64,000 nucleotides of DNA from Gnetum montanum (GCA_015680685.1 MNCI01000556.1:310001-374000), one strand, 5' to 3'; positions 25,460 through 37,036 are shown, numbered from the stretch's first letter. Notes: a model not told the origin generated them from the letters alone. Numbers and translations are program-made.

Positions 25460-26820
25460 TAACCACTTTTTACTTTTCTTTAATTTTTCAAGTTTTTGTT
25501 TTCCAGTTTTTTATTTTTCAACTTTTTGTTTTATCTTTTTATCTTTTTGTGTTTTTATCTTTTTATGTTTTTGTAAGTAATCTCGTCTATGAATAAAACA
25601 CTCATGTGGATCGTTGGTTAAGGTGTGTTCTATGTTATTAATTCTCGAGTGATCAATTATTTGGAACAGTGAGGCCATTACACCCACTCATCCACTCTAC
25701 AAATAAGAGGTTTTGTTCAAGGGTACAATGATATTCTTGAAATTCTTAAGTCTTAAAATTAATTTTGTGTTCATTGTACCCAGAACGAAGAAGGATGGAC
25801 CAAGAGGGAATGATTAGGGTGTGACATTAAGGGGACTTGTGGATTCTATTTGGTGACATCTGTGGGAGTTATCATGCAATGTGGTTGTACTAAGATCCTT
25901 GTAGATCTAATGAAAAATGGGAGTAAGAGTAATCAAAAGGGCACTCAAAAATCCAATGTTGTTCTAGGGGGTCCCACTGGAAAGACATGCACCCATGCTT
26001 GAAGGTTGGTGGCTTCTTTGGATTAAGCAATCGAAAAAGAAGAAGAAGAAGGAAGTGCCACAAAACAAAAATCACTCCTCCCTTGAATAAAATGCCAAGT
26101 GATCATATGCCTTGTTGTTACGGTACTCTCATAGTTGCTTATCATGGGATGAAACAATGTGATGTCACTGATTGGAGGAACGGACTTGGTCCTGATCTTG
26201 GAATGACAAGGTAATGACACCTTAATCATGCTCTTCATGCAGGATTCACTGTGCCCTATGTCAATTACCTCATGTCCCAATCTCTACGATCCCTTCTATA
26301 CTTTGTCTCATCTCACTGTTTGTGTAATTGTAGCTCGTGTCCCATGTAGCATAGAATTTTCATCTCATTCCAGTGATATTTACATGTGTGTGTTTTGTGG
26401 AGTTAGTGTGGATTACATTTAACCCTTCTAGTACCCACGGACACTTTAAGTGTGGTTACACAAGGGCATTATAGGTTGAAACCTACTTTGGGAAGGACCC
26501 ACTTGTGTAATCTTTTGTAATCTTCACTTATGACATAGCCCACACACACCATTTCTTACCCTCAACATGATTTTTCAATTGATTTTCTTTCCCTACTATT
26601 ATCCCTCTGAATTTTAATGTTCCAATGTACCATTACATACCCTTTTTCTTACCACCCAAGTTTTTATTGGTAAAATCCACACCGTCATCATTAATTGTGC
26701 CTCCGAACATAATGCAATTACCCTAGAACCCTTGATAATAACCAATGTCCTTAATTTACAACGTTTATTTCAAGAAAATACCTTCAAAATTTGGTCTTTT
26801 GGTTGTGCCTCACATCACTA

Positions 26821-26900
26821 GGGATGAGATATCACGTACGTGATATCGCATACGCGATGTATTGTACACGATATCGTGTCCTCGTCGCCTATAAATAGGT
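26821..26900 (+). promoter_or_regulatory. Putative internal promoter of A ORF3: array of GATATC palindromes plus TATAAATA
   Basis: gagatatcacgtacgtgatatcgcatacgcgatgt...tacacgatatcgtg...cctataaatagg; same motifs and similar motif-TATA spacing as the U3 of A's LTRs. Confidence 0.65.
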
Positions 26901-27367
26901 CACCCCCCGCAACACTTAGCGTAATTTTGTCATTCACAAGGGGGGAATTTTTGAAATTTTTCTCTGCGACTTACGATTGAGTAACCCTTGCTTTTCTCAC
27001 TCTATCTCGCTAGCTGTTACTCCAATTTTCATTTCGTTTGAACCTACTTGAACCTGGAGTGTTCATCTTAGTCATGGGGGAGGGACACTTGCCGAAAAGT
27101 GCCTAACTTTTTTGAAATTTATCATCGCCCAAAGGACATCAGCTAGGGTAATTAACTATAACACTTAGAATAATTATGCCAAAAAATCATTTAATCCCTA
27201 GGTATACTAGGAAACTAAAATGGAAACCACCTAAGTCACAGGATTCATTATTACAAACTTTCGGGCAGTATCACACATGATAACATAAGATCATTAATTA
27301 AGAAAGCAGTAAGGTATACCTTAACTTCAAAAACAACCTTACTAATGCTTGGCCCATGTGATTGCAG

Positions 27368-30104
27368 ATGGCCCCGAAACATGGACAACAGGAAGGTCCT
27401 ACCCATGGTAGAAGCAAACGAGCTCGGAGAGGTGGAAGAAAAAGACCTGCTGGACAACATGCAGAATAGGATGAGCAATCATTCAGCATTCATCAAGATG
27501 AACCTTCTATCGAACGGTCTAAGCAGGTAGAAGGAGGAGCTGCTACAGTGCCTAAACCGGGACAACAAGTCATGTTGTTCCAAGATTGTGTTCAGGCTAT
27601 CCATGAGAAGTCCACATTCGCTGCGGTGATTATGGAATTGAACTTTGAATCATTTGCAGAATTCACTCCTGAGGCCGTTAGGGATCACCTCAAAGGATCC
27701 CCATTATGGCCTATCCTCTTTGAAAGTGGTGCCTGGTACCTAGGAGAGACGTACCAATTTTGGCACAATAGGAAGCAAGGAGCCACTATTAATATTTGTG
27801 GTGTGACAGTTGACTTCTCTACGCAGGCCAGTTTAGAAGTGTTAGACCTTCCAAATGTAGGGCCCTAGGTTGCTTAGTTATCCATCCGTTCAGACCCCGA
27901 TGTGCGAAAGGATTGGTTAGAGAAGGCTTATGGCAGAGATAAAGCATTTGGTGAATTGAAGACAGAAGAGAGGGTTTACTTCAAAATTGGAACATATCAC
28001 CTCTTCCCCACAAAGGGCCTCAAAAGAATATCAATGTATGCAACTAGAGGATGTGCAGTGTTGATGGGAAAGGTTAACGCTAACCTACCGTATCTATATT
28101 TAATGGAGATCCTGAGACAGTTCGAAGAACGAAAGATAGGGAAGATGGCACTGCCTTTCCCCTATCTTATTAGAAAGCTTTGCCGATGTGTTGGTATTCA
28201 GGGATACACCAATGATGTCCTTCAAAAAGCCCAAACTACTTCATACGCTAAATTACTAAAGGTGCCAGCTCCAAGAAAAAGAACTGGTGAAGAGCTGGGA
28301 CTAGAATCAACCTCCATCCATGGGTCCCAGCCAAAAATAATAAGTAGGGCCTAGCACAAGCCAAGAGCAACCACCACCACTGCAAGACTACAGACCGTCG
28401 ATGAGCCATCTTTGGGCCATCATCGAGACGGTCAGCTGGGGAAGTCGTGATGATGCAAACTTCTTCTATGTCATCGATGATGCCAGGAAGCCTACTATTT
28501 TGTTGGATCACATAAGGGGTAAAGTCTTTATTCACACAGGAGGAGGGGAAAGTAGATGGTCACAACAGATCTCAGGAAACATGGCATCTTTCTAGGTGCA
28601 GTTAGAGACTGGTGAAGGGGCCATTGTGATGGTCATGCAACACCAGAATGCCACGGGAGCTACAAAAGTGGTCACAGACCACATCAAGGAATCCTTTAAC
28701 ATACCTGTTGTGCCATCGACAAATCTCACAGGAGCATGAGATGCTCAAACCTTAGCCGAAACCTCAATGACTCCTGCGGAACATGAGGATGCGCTTGATC
28801 GATTACTTCAAACAAGGTAAGTAATGATGTCCCTATTTGACATCCCTCAAGATGTTACAACAATTTAATCAAACCTCATTTCTACAAAGGGGAAGCTAGT
28901 CTTAACATGAGTAAGGGAAGAGCATGCTGAAGCTAAAGTGCAGAAACTACAAGAGTAGCTCATGGCCTTACAAGCAGCACAATGGGACCCTCTACAATTT
29001 GTTACCGCAAACCAACTAGAAAACTTTAGAACCGAGCAACTAACAAAGTTAATTGTAGAGAATAAAAGGGTGGTGGATGAAAAGGAGAAGGCTGTTTGGG
29101 ATGCCTCCGCAGCACAAACGCAAACCCATGCGCATCTTAAGGCACTCAAAGCCTTACAGGAAGAAAACAAGTAGATGGTTGCAGACAATCTTTAGTTGAC
29201 CATAGTAGAAAAGCAAAAGAATGTTCTCGATGAAAAATTTCATCAATTACAAGAATAATTTATTTGGATCAATTGTGACATGAGTTGTTTAGCTAGAGAA
29301 AATTGAACCTTCTCAATGGAGGAGGTACGCACCATTCGTCAAAAGTCAATGATTGAGATAAGCGCATGGTAGAATGAGGCTAAACAACATGGGAAGCTGA
29401 AGGAGCACTTCTGCCAATAGGTGGGGATGTATAAATAGATCCTTGAAAAGGAGATCCATATGGCCAAGGCCCAAATAAACACTATTAGTGCTCAACACAC
29501 TAATTGATGGGCCATATTGGACACATATGCCTTCGCCCACTAAGCGAAAGTTAAAAACTGGGACTTGTAGATTCAAGACTTGACAGAATACATGGAGTTG
29601 GCAAATCTAAGATATGCCAATCTTGCCATGTTGATAGTAGGGCACTCGAGGTCAGAGCTCGAGCAGCAGATAGCAACCACCCACATCAAATACGAGGAAG
29701 AATTTGCATAGCACAAGAAGTTGGTGGAGAAACTGGATGTTGTAAATTCTGAACTTGGGGTGGTAAAAGCCAGCTACCAAGGATAGAAAGATGTCACAAC
29801 CGACTTGGCTTAATAGCTAACGGACCTTCATGAGTACAAGGATAAAGCTAGAGCCTATGAGAAGGAACGAAGGGTGTTCGCGGCTTGGTACGTCAAGGCC
29901 AACCAAATGTTTCTGCAACTACCCTGTCCATGGGAAGTTCCAACTCCGTCAAACGTTGGAACATTAGCATGGACGGTACAAGACCCTCGGACCAAAGAGG
30001 AGAAGCTCCAGGCCATACTTCAGTGCCATCAAGCCTCAAAACCTGGAGCACAAGACAAAGGGAAGGCACCAATGGAGGAGCCACGGCCACCAGGAACTAC
30101 ATGA
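27368..30104 (+). pseudogene. ORF3 of element A: ~910 aa; basic N-terminus, Athila env-like/plant transposon domain, linker, conserved middle domain, long coiled coil
   Basis: ttgcag|ATG GCC CCG AAA (MAPKHGQQEGPTHGRSKRARRGGRKRP). ETYQFWHN, ICGVTVDFS and LPFPYLIRKLC..VGI match the Athila ORF2-type signature. One frameshift near 28350; most stops sit where Gln/Arg codons are expected. Confidence 0.85.
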
Positions 30105-30232
30105 GTTCCAAATTTTTGTAGTTGTAGCATATTCTGTGTGTTATGTCTTTATTTTGTTTTCTCCCCACACTGCGGCATCATCCCATGTTTCCATTTAATA
30201 ATCCCATACCTATCCACTATGTAATCACTGTA

Positions 30233-30267
30233 ACTCGAGGATGAGTTTTTATTCATTCATGGGGGTA
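30233..30267 (+). promoter_or_regulatory. 3' conserved block and polypurine tract of A
   Basis: actcgaggatgagtttttattcattcatgggggta immediately before the LTR TG; the same block precedes the LTRs at 41476, 53475 and (minus strand) 37036. Confidence 0.85.
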
Positions 30268-31117
30268 TGATGGGACGTGATATCGCATGGGCCACGATAT
30301 CGCGTTTGCCGCAATATCGCATCCCCAGCGATATCACGTCTTCCCCTATGATATCACGTACACGATATCGCAGTGCATCATCAAATCTATAAATAATAAG
30401 TGGCTCTCCCTTATTTCATATGATAGAGTTAGATTGTAGCTAGACTCTGGCAGTTTGATCCCTCCAAAGATATAATATTTTCCAGTGTCTGCCCGCAGTG
30501 TGGTGAATGTAATTGTATGGCATCCTTTATTCGAGTGTGACATACTTGGACACGCACATGACTGGCAATAAAGATCGAGATTACTTCATCATTGCAGCAT
30601 TGACTTTGCTTATTTATTTATTTAATTGTTATTTACTGCTTTCCTAATTAGTCTCTCTCACCCTTAAACTCACGTTAGAACGTGGAATGAGTACGACTTG
30701 ATTATGAGCATTTAAGTGTGACTACTTGGTAACCCAGTAGTGTACCTAGGAACTAGGCTTGGTAATCCTAGTGGTAGTCATGCACGAAGTCCAAGACGTG
30801 TATGAATAATCAAGGAATGGATGCTCATCGCACTTAGACTAGATTAGATTCTCTTACCCTTTTTCTCCTAGCTTAGTTAATATTACTTTCCATTGCCTTC
30901 AGGAGTAGCATTAGATTAGGAACCACATCATCACCTCACTCTAGACTAAACCATACATGACAAATATAATACTAGTCTAGGTGGGAAGATAGTGAACTGC
31001 GACCTAAGGATAACTGTCTAGGTGCCACAACTAGTCTGTCTGCGGAGTTCTACCAGATCACGTGTGAAAATGCTCGTATTTGTATGGTTGAGTGTAGGGG
31101 TACCTCACCACTCATCA
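30268..31117 (+). repeat. 3' LTR of element A
   Basis: Homologous to the 5' LTR, with ~34 bp more in the GATATC array; followed by the TSD. Confidence 0.95.
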
Positions 31118-32659
31118 ATTTCATAGATCTAATTTTACATAATATTTTTCTTTCTACATTATATCTTGCATACATTTCTTTCTTAGTATATCTGCTTTTG
31201 TTTTAATCAACTATTCCATGCATACTTTTTCCTTTATTATTCACTTCTGTTTGGCAAAAATACTACCACTTGGTGCCATGGAATGCTTAGCTTAATTTCA
31301 CGTAGGGCTATGTCAAATCTCAAATTTATGAAAATTCTTACCATAACATCTTTTTGATGCTAGAGATAAGACCACTAAGAAATTAATGTTATTTCTAAGA
31401 TTTTCTCTTTATGATACGTTTTCTAAGTCAAAAAAATGTACCATGTTGAAACATTGATGTCATGTGTTTTTTCCCATGACTTTTACGTTTGTCATGGACA
31501 AATATTCTCACTTTCTATTTTGAGTTCAAACTTGACTATAGGGAAAATTGAAGCTCTAGTAATAGCCTTGTGAGGTCATAGTTACTCCTACAATATATTT
31601 GCAATTATGACATCATCTTCTAATTCAAGTCTCTTTAAAATTTAGAGGCTCATTGATCTAAGGAGAAATTAGGGATTCTGAAAAGGATTAAGCCTAAGGG
31701 ACTACAAGATAGCCTATGTGAAATGAGAGCTAGCCTACTTGCTCACACCAAACATATTTAAGCACATGGTTAAATATGAGAAAACTAATGATCATTCTCA
31801 TTTTTTCTTTAATCTAGATCATCCAATTGAAGTAGGTCATAGGGAAGCCAAGGAGATTGTAGAATTCATCATGGAGTAAGAGAAGATATAGGAAAATATA
31901 CAATTGTAGATTGAAGATGCTAGGATGAATACCATCTTGAACCAACCTCTTGGTCCTCACATTACTATTAGAGGAAAAAGGGAAAGCATAGCCTTTGAAT
32001 TGGACATCCATCTAATAGATAAAGATGATGAACAATTAGTTGAAGAACTTGATAAAACTAACCCTTTATCACATCATATTCACAACATTAGCATCACAAC
32101 TGCTCATAGTTCTTTACTTGAATTTTTTCCTCCTAACATAGGACCACTTAGTTTTCTTGTGAGATTTGTTCCTCCACCCTATCATTTTTTCCTTCTAATA
32201 ATGTTAGAAACCCTCATTTTCTTTTCCAATACTCCAATCCATTTTTTGGATCCACATGCTCTATTCCTTAACCCTAACCTATCATACATCTTTTTCAATC
32301 CATTTGACTCCCTAATTCTACTACTCCACCACTAGTTATCATTTTCCAATATACTAGTGCATCATCTTTTTTTCTATATGTAACTAATTTTGTTTCAACC
32401 TGCTCCTACTACATTCAAACCCATTTTATACATATGTCCCTTTTGAAATAAATTACCTACCATTACAACTCAACCTACCTTCACTTTCTTAGAATAGATT
32501 CATAGCTATTAGCATTGCTTAATGATGTTATGTTTCATCTCCAAATCATTTAAGATAAATTAGCTAAGGCATTGGTTATGTAAGAAAATTCTCCCATTTC
32601 CTTGGATCAAGTCCAAAGTCATCCTATTAGCTATGCTATTTCCTTGCCAGTTCTACCCA

Positions 32660-34870
32660 AGGAAGCTTCATTGCCATCTTTTAAAAAGTAAAATGACAAA
32701 ATAGAGGATCCTATGAACCATGTAGTCATCTTTAGGAATGATTGCATGCTTCTTATCCCTTACCTTTACATTGTGTTGAGATATTTATCTAGTTCTCTTT
32801 CTAAAAGAGCTTTGGAATGGTATAGATCCTTATCTCATGGTTCTATCACCTCTCTTAAATAACTATTTATAGCTTTGATTGAATGTTTTAAGTTCAATAT
32901 TCCTCAAAGCACAATTGTTATGTTCTTTGGAATCATCAAATAAGCTTTAAATGAGCCCATCAATAAGTTTATTTCTTGATGGACAATGACATTAACTAAA
33001 TTATTGTATCATTTAGAGGAATGTCATTTACAGGACATTTTCAAAGCTACAATCATTGACTACATTTATAAGAGGATGAATTATTCGAAGCCTCATTCTC
33101 TAAATGATGCTTTCTTGACAACCAGATGCATTAAAGAGGGTGTCATTTAGCATGATGACCAAGAATTTATGTTAATCTGTAACAAAGCTAACAAGATTGT
33201 GAAATAAAACAAGGAACAACCAATATCTTAAGGTGTTTCTTCTTTTTCTAAGGAACAAAGAAACATTCCCTCAACTATTTATTCTTCAACCCAAAAACAC
33301 AGATGACAAAGAAATAGAGATTGGTATCCTAAAATATCCATGAGGTATTTTTTACTTTTTAGCAATCTTCTTAGAAGTGATCACCTTAAGAGGAAGCAAG
33401 TTTTTTATTAGACAAGAGCATGTTACTGTTACATTCATCTCATAGTAATGGATCCTTCTCAAATATAAGAAAGTGACTCTAAGATACCTAGGTAGTATTA
33501 TTACTTGAAATACTGTTATTATCCTAAGACTACTAATCATGACATAGACAATTATAAGAATCTGAAGGATGACATTCAAGATTTCATATATAAGGGTAAG
33601 ATAGTAGTGGAAAGTGAGCCATCCACTATGTATCTTATTAATCACTACCTAGAGGTATTTCAAAATCCCTTAGAAGCTCAAAGTACTATTTTAGCTTTCA
33701 AGTCAAAATATAAAGCTCGTAATTGCTCACATAAGGAGCCTTAACATAATTCACTATTTTGACTATAGTAATTATTAACAGTCTCTAGCATGACCTTAAA
33801 AACCTTATTTCATTCACTGGTTTGACTACACCACCACTTCATTGAAGTTAAATCATCCTTCCTTACCTTCTTAACCTATTCATGCTATTTTGACTAAACA
33901 AATATTAGTTACATCTCATACTATTATCCATTCCCATCACTTTTGTTACTCAACCTATTTGTTCTTCCTACTCCCATCTCATTTCATACCATGTTGAATC
34001 CCAACATATCCATTCACCTACTATATCCCAAACATCTAACCATCTATTTCCATCATCATAAGTAAAAATCCATACCCATAGCTAGTAGACTAATAAGTTG
34101 TAAATAGTCAAATTGAAGGATAAAGTTACTAATGCATTGAAGAAACCTTCTAAAACATCAAAGAATATTTCTTTCCAATATCCTTAGGAGTATATTCCTT
34201 CAAATAGCCTTCTCTCTTCATCTAATCCTATACAACCAATCATAGTGGCACTTTTTTCCATGATCATCACAGTTGATGGATAATAAGGTCCTACAGTAGA
34301 TTATCACTATTATTGATTTGAAAGATATTAACTTGTCCTTGTATGGCATCACAACAACCTCTAAAGAATATCATGTAGCTTTATATGATATTCTTAAGAG
34401 AGTTATGGTTCTAAGCAATATTTTGGCTCAGAGAGAGACTATATCATCCTTTCTTCAAGTCTCATATGCATTAGATAACATCAAGATTGATTTAAAGATA
34501 AGAGATATTTGTTAGCTAACACTCTACATCATTGTCAAAGTATCACTTGATTCCTTAATTATGTTGATATATGTTAATGATGGCACTAGATCTAACGTGA
34601 TCATTTGGATTATTATCAAGTTTCTTAGTCTTTACGATAAGGTAATCTTCAATAAAACTTATACTAATGTCATTTTCTTTAATGGTACATAAGTAGAAGG
34701 TATAGGTTCTATTAGGTTTCCATTCATAGTAGGTAATTTTGTATAGTCTAAAGCTAACTTTATGATCATACATGAATGTCCTAGTATGAATGAAATATTA
34801 GGACATTCTTGGCTAGTTCAACATCATTTAGTATCATCTCCTATATATCAAGAGCTTCACGTCCCCTTAT
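32660..34870 (+). pseudogene. gag: Very decayed Ogre/Tat-like gag-protease
   Basis: DPMNHV..F.NDC...SSSLSKRALEWYRSLSHGSI (retrotransposon gag); YCYYPKTTNHDIDNYKNLKDDIQDFI..G.I and FQNPL (Ogre/Tat knuckle region); ILGHSWL....VSSPIYQ resembling the LLGRPWIH...VPSTLHQ protease end. Confidence 0.65.
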
Positions 34871-35811
34871 AAAATTGTGAGATAATCATCTCATCTGGTA
34901 CATATATTTTGAGTGTTTCTTACTTAGATTGTGAAGCATGACCTTATCAACTTAATGTCAAACTAGGTGGTATTAAAATTGAACTTTAGGTAAATCTACA
35001 GTTATGTCTTCTTCTAAGGACTCTATTGATACCAAAGACTTAATAGACCTAAATGATGAGCCCATATTTGATATCAGATTTAATGACTTAGGCTTTGGAG
35101 AACTTAATATATTTGATCTTAAGGAAAAATATTCCTCTAATTCTTCTTATAAGAATGCTCAAAAGTTCATTGCTAACACAGCAACATTAGATATGTGAGC
35201 TTCGATATATTTCATTTGTTTCATTTGTTGCTTTTCTTAGGTGGTAGAAATCTACTAACACTTATTAGATATCTTTTTATATTTTCATCCTTATCATTTA
35301 CTATTATTAGATAATGAAATTATTAGTGGTTACAAAATTATTATGACTAGCATGCATAATAACATTTGACATTACATGTCACTTACAAAAGTAATTTACA
35401 CTTGCTTTCTATGTTAAATGATTTATCTTATTTGTCATTTCTTCTAAGTGATGGACATCTACTAGTGCCTATTAAGATTAAAATTAACACTTCGCATTGA
35501 AATTTTTTCTTTTTTCTTTTGTTGTCACTTATCATTATTAGCACACAATGTTAAGTGATAAGTGATTGCTTAATAGTAATATTATCACATAGTTTTCATG
35601 ACCATCATGATACACAATGATTAGTTAATTGAAAATAACAAAGTTTATTATCTTTTAAAAAACTTTTACAATTCATGCACATCATAATAGTGGACACTGC
35701 ATATTTTTTCTAAACACCATTTACATTTGACATTTTATAAAGACTATCTCTTTGTATCAAGCATAAGTGACATGAAAAACTAATGTTCACATAGCTTCAG
35801 TAGCCTTATTT

Positions 35812-36230
35812 TTAATCCCTAGTAGCTTCCTCCTTCTTCTCATCAATCTGCATAAGAGTTGGTTTTGCTATTAATTCTTGGCTATTTTTCCTTGGATCTA
35901 TATAAAAAATTAAGATAACATAGGTAGTCAGTTATATTTTATTATTTTATAAAATAATATAAACCAACTCCTCAAATCTTTATACTTACCTTTCATTTCT
36001 CTATACATCTCTAAAATTCTTTCTTCTATCTCTTACAAGCTCAAGTTAGTCATATCTAGTTTGTCAAAAGTTGGACTTGGAATATTCAATATAATGCTGG
36101 ACCATTCCTCTTTGTAGGTCTTTAGCTCCTCTGGGATGATATCATCATCATCTCCTTCTCCTACAGGCTCTTACTAAGGATCTCTTTATTGTTCTTCTAG
36201 TGTAGTAATTACCACACTATTAACAAAATT
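35812..36230 (-). pseudogene. Fossil two-exon coding fragment of unknown origin
   Basis: AG|GTAAGT donor at 35989, taactgac branch-like site, ttttttatatag acceptor at 35898 (92-nt intron); the spliced frame reads ...EIEERILEMYREMKDPRKNSQELIAKP... Confidence 0.4.
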
Positions 36231-36232
36231 AT

Positions 36233-37036
36233 TGATGAGTAGTGGGTATCCTCTATGCCCAACCATACAAATCACAAGTGTGCACTAATGATCTTAAACC
36301 ATGAGGCAAAAGGTTGAATGATCATTATCTTCCTAGCTCAGACTTGTAATATTAGTTTTTTATGGTTAAATGCGAGTTAAGGCACACTTGTAATATATAT
36401 ATATTCTTCTAAGGCTAGGTGAGTAAATGAATATTTAATAATTAACCATTTAACTAGTTAGCTATTCTAGTAACTAACTATTTTAACATAAGTAGTTGTT
36501 CCCACTTACCGTACACATCCTGAACTAGTATCAATGCTATTGGGTTACAAAATAGTGATTACTAGGCATACAAAATGGCCACTACTAGGATTACCAAGTG
36601 CAATATGTTATGTTCAAAGTATTCGTACTTACATTTTTAAGATTACGTGCATTAATTAACTAAGACATAAGTGTAATTGCATTGAAAGTAAAGTGCAAAT
36701 AATAAAGATTAAACTATTTCAACTGCTACAATGAATATTAGAAATCTCGACCTTATTTCCATTCATTCTAATGCATTCAAGTACATGGCATTCAAATAAA
36801 GCTTCATACAATCACTTTAATTCACATTGCAAGCACTTAGAGAGAAAATATTCTAACTTTGGAGAAACTAAACTGTAAGGGCTTTACTATGATATGGACC
36901 TAAGATATCATAAACGTGGTTGGTGCATGCATTTATATAGGCTTCTCCTGCATCAATGACAACATATATAAGATACGTTGATGGGGCTACATCAATGCAT
37001 GCCTGTTGATGTAGCCTATATTATGATGACTCATCA
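36233..37036 (-). repeat. 3' LTR of element E
   Basis: Plus strand starts tgatgagtagtgggtatcc (reverse complement of a B-like LTR end ggatacc...ctcatca) and ends ctcatca; U3 has ctacatcaa/gttgatgtagc motifs like B. Confidence 0.85.

Larger units (their letters stand above)
22523..31117 (+). mobile_element. Element A: full-length non-autonomous Athila-like LTR retrotransposon (gag + ORF3, no PR/RT/RH/INT)
   Basis: Paired LTRs TGATG...CATCA, TSD ATTTC (22518-22522 and 31118-31122), tRNA-Asp PBS, PPT; no pol motifs between gag and ORF3. Confidence 0.95.

Noticed and set aside
26456-26510. Hammerhead ribozyme (retrozyme-like)
   Set aside because: A multi-stem fold is possible, but the CUGAUGA and GAAA catalytic core is not present in the right arrangement
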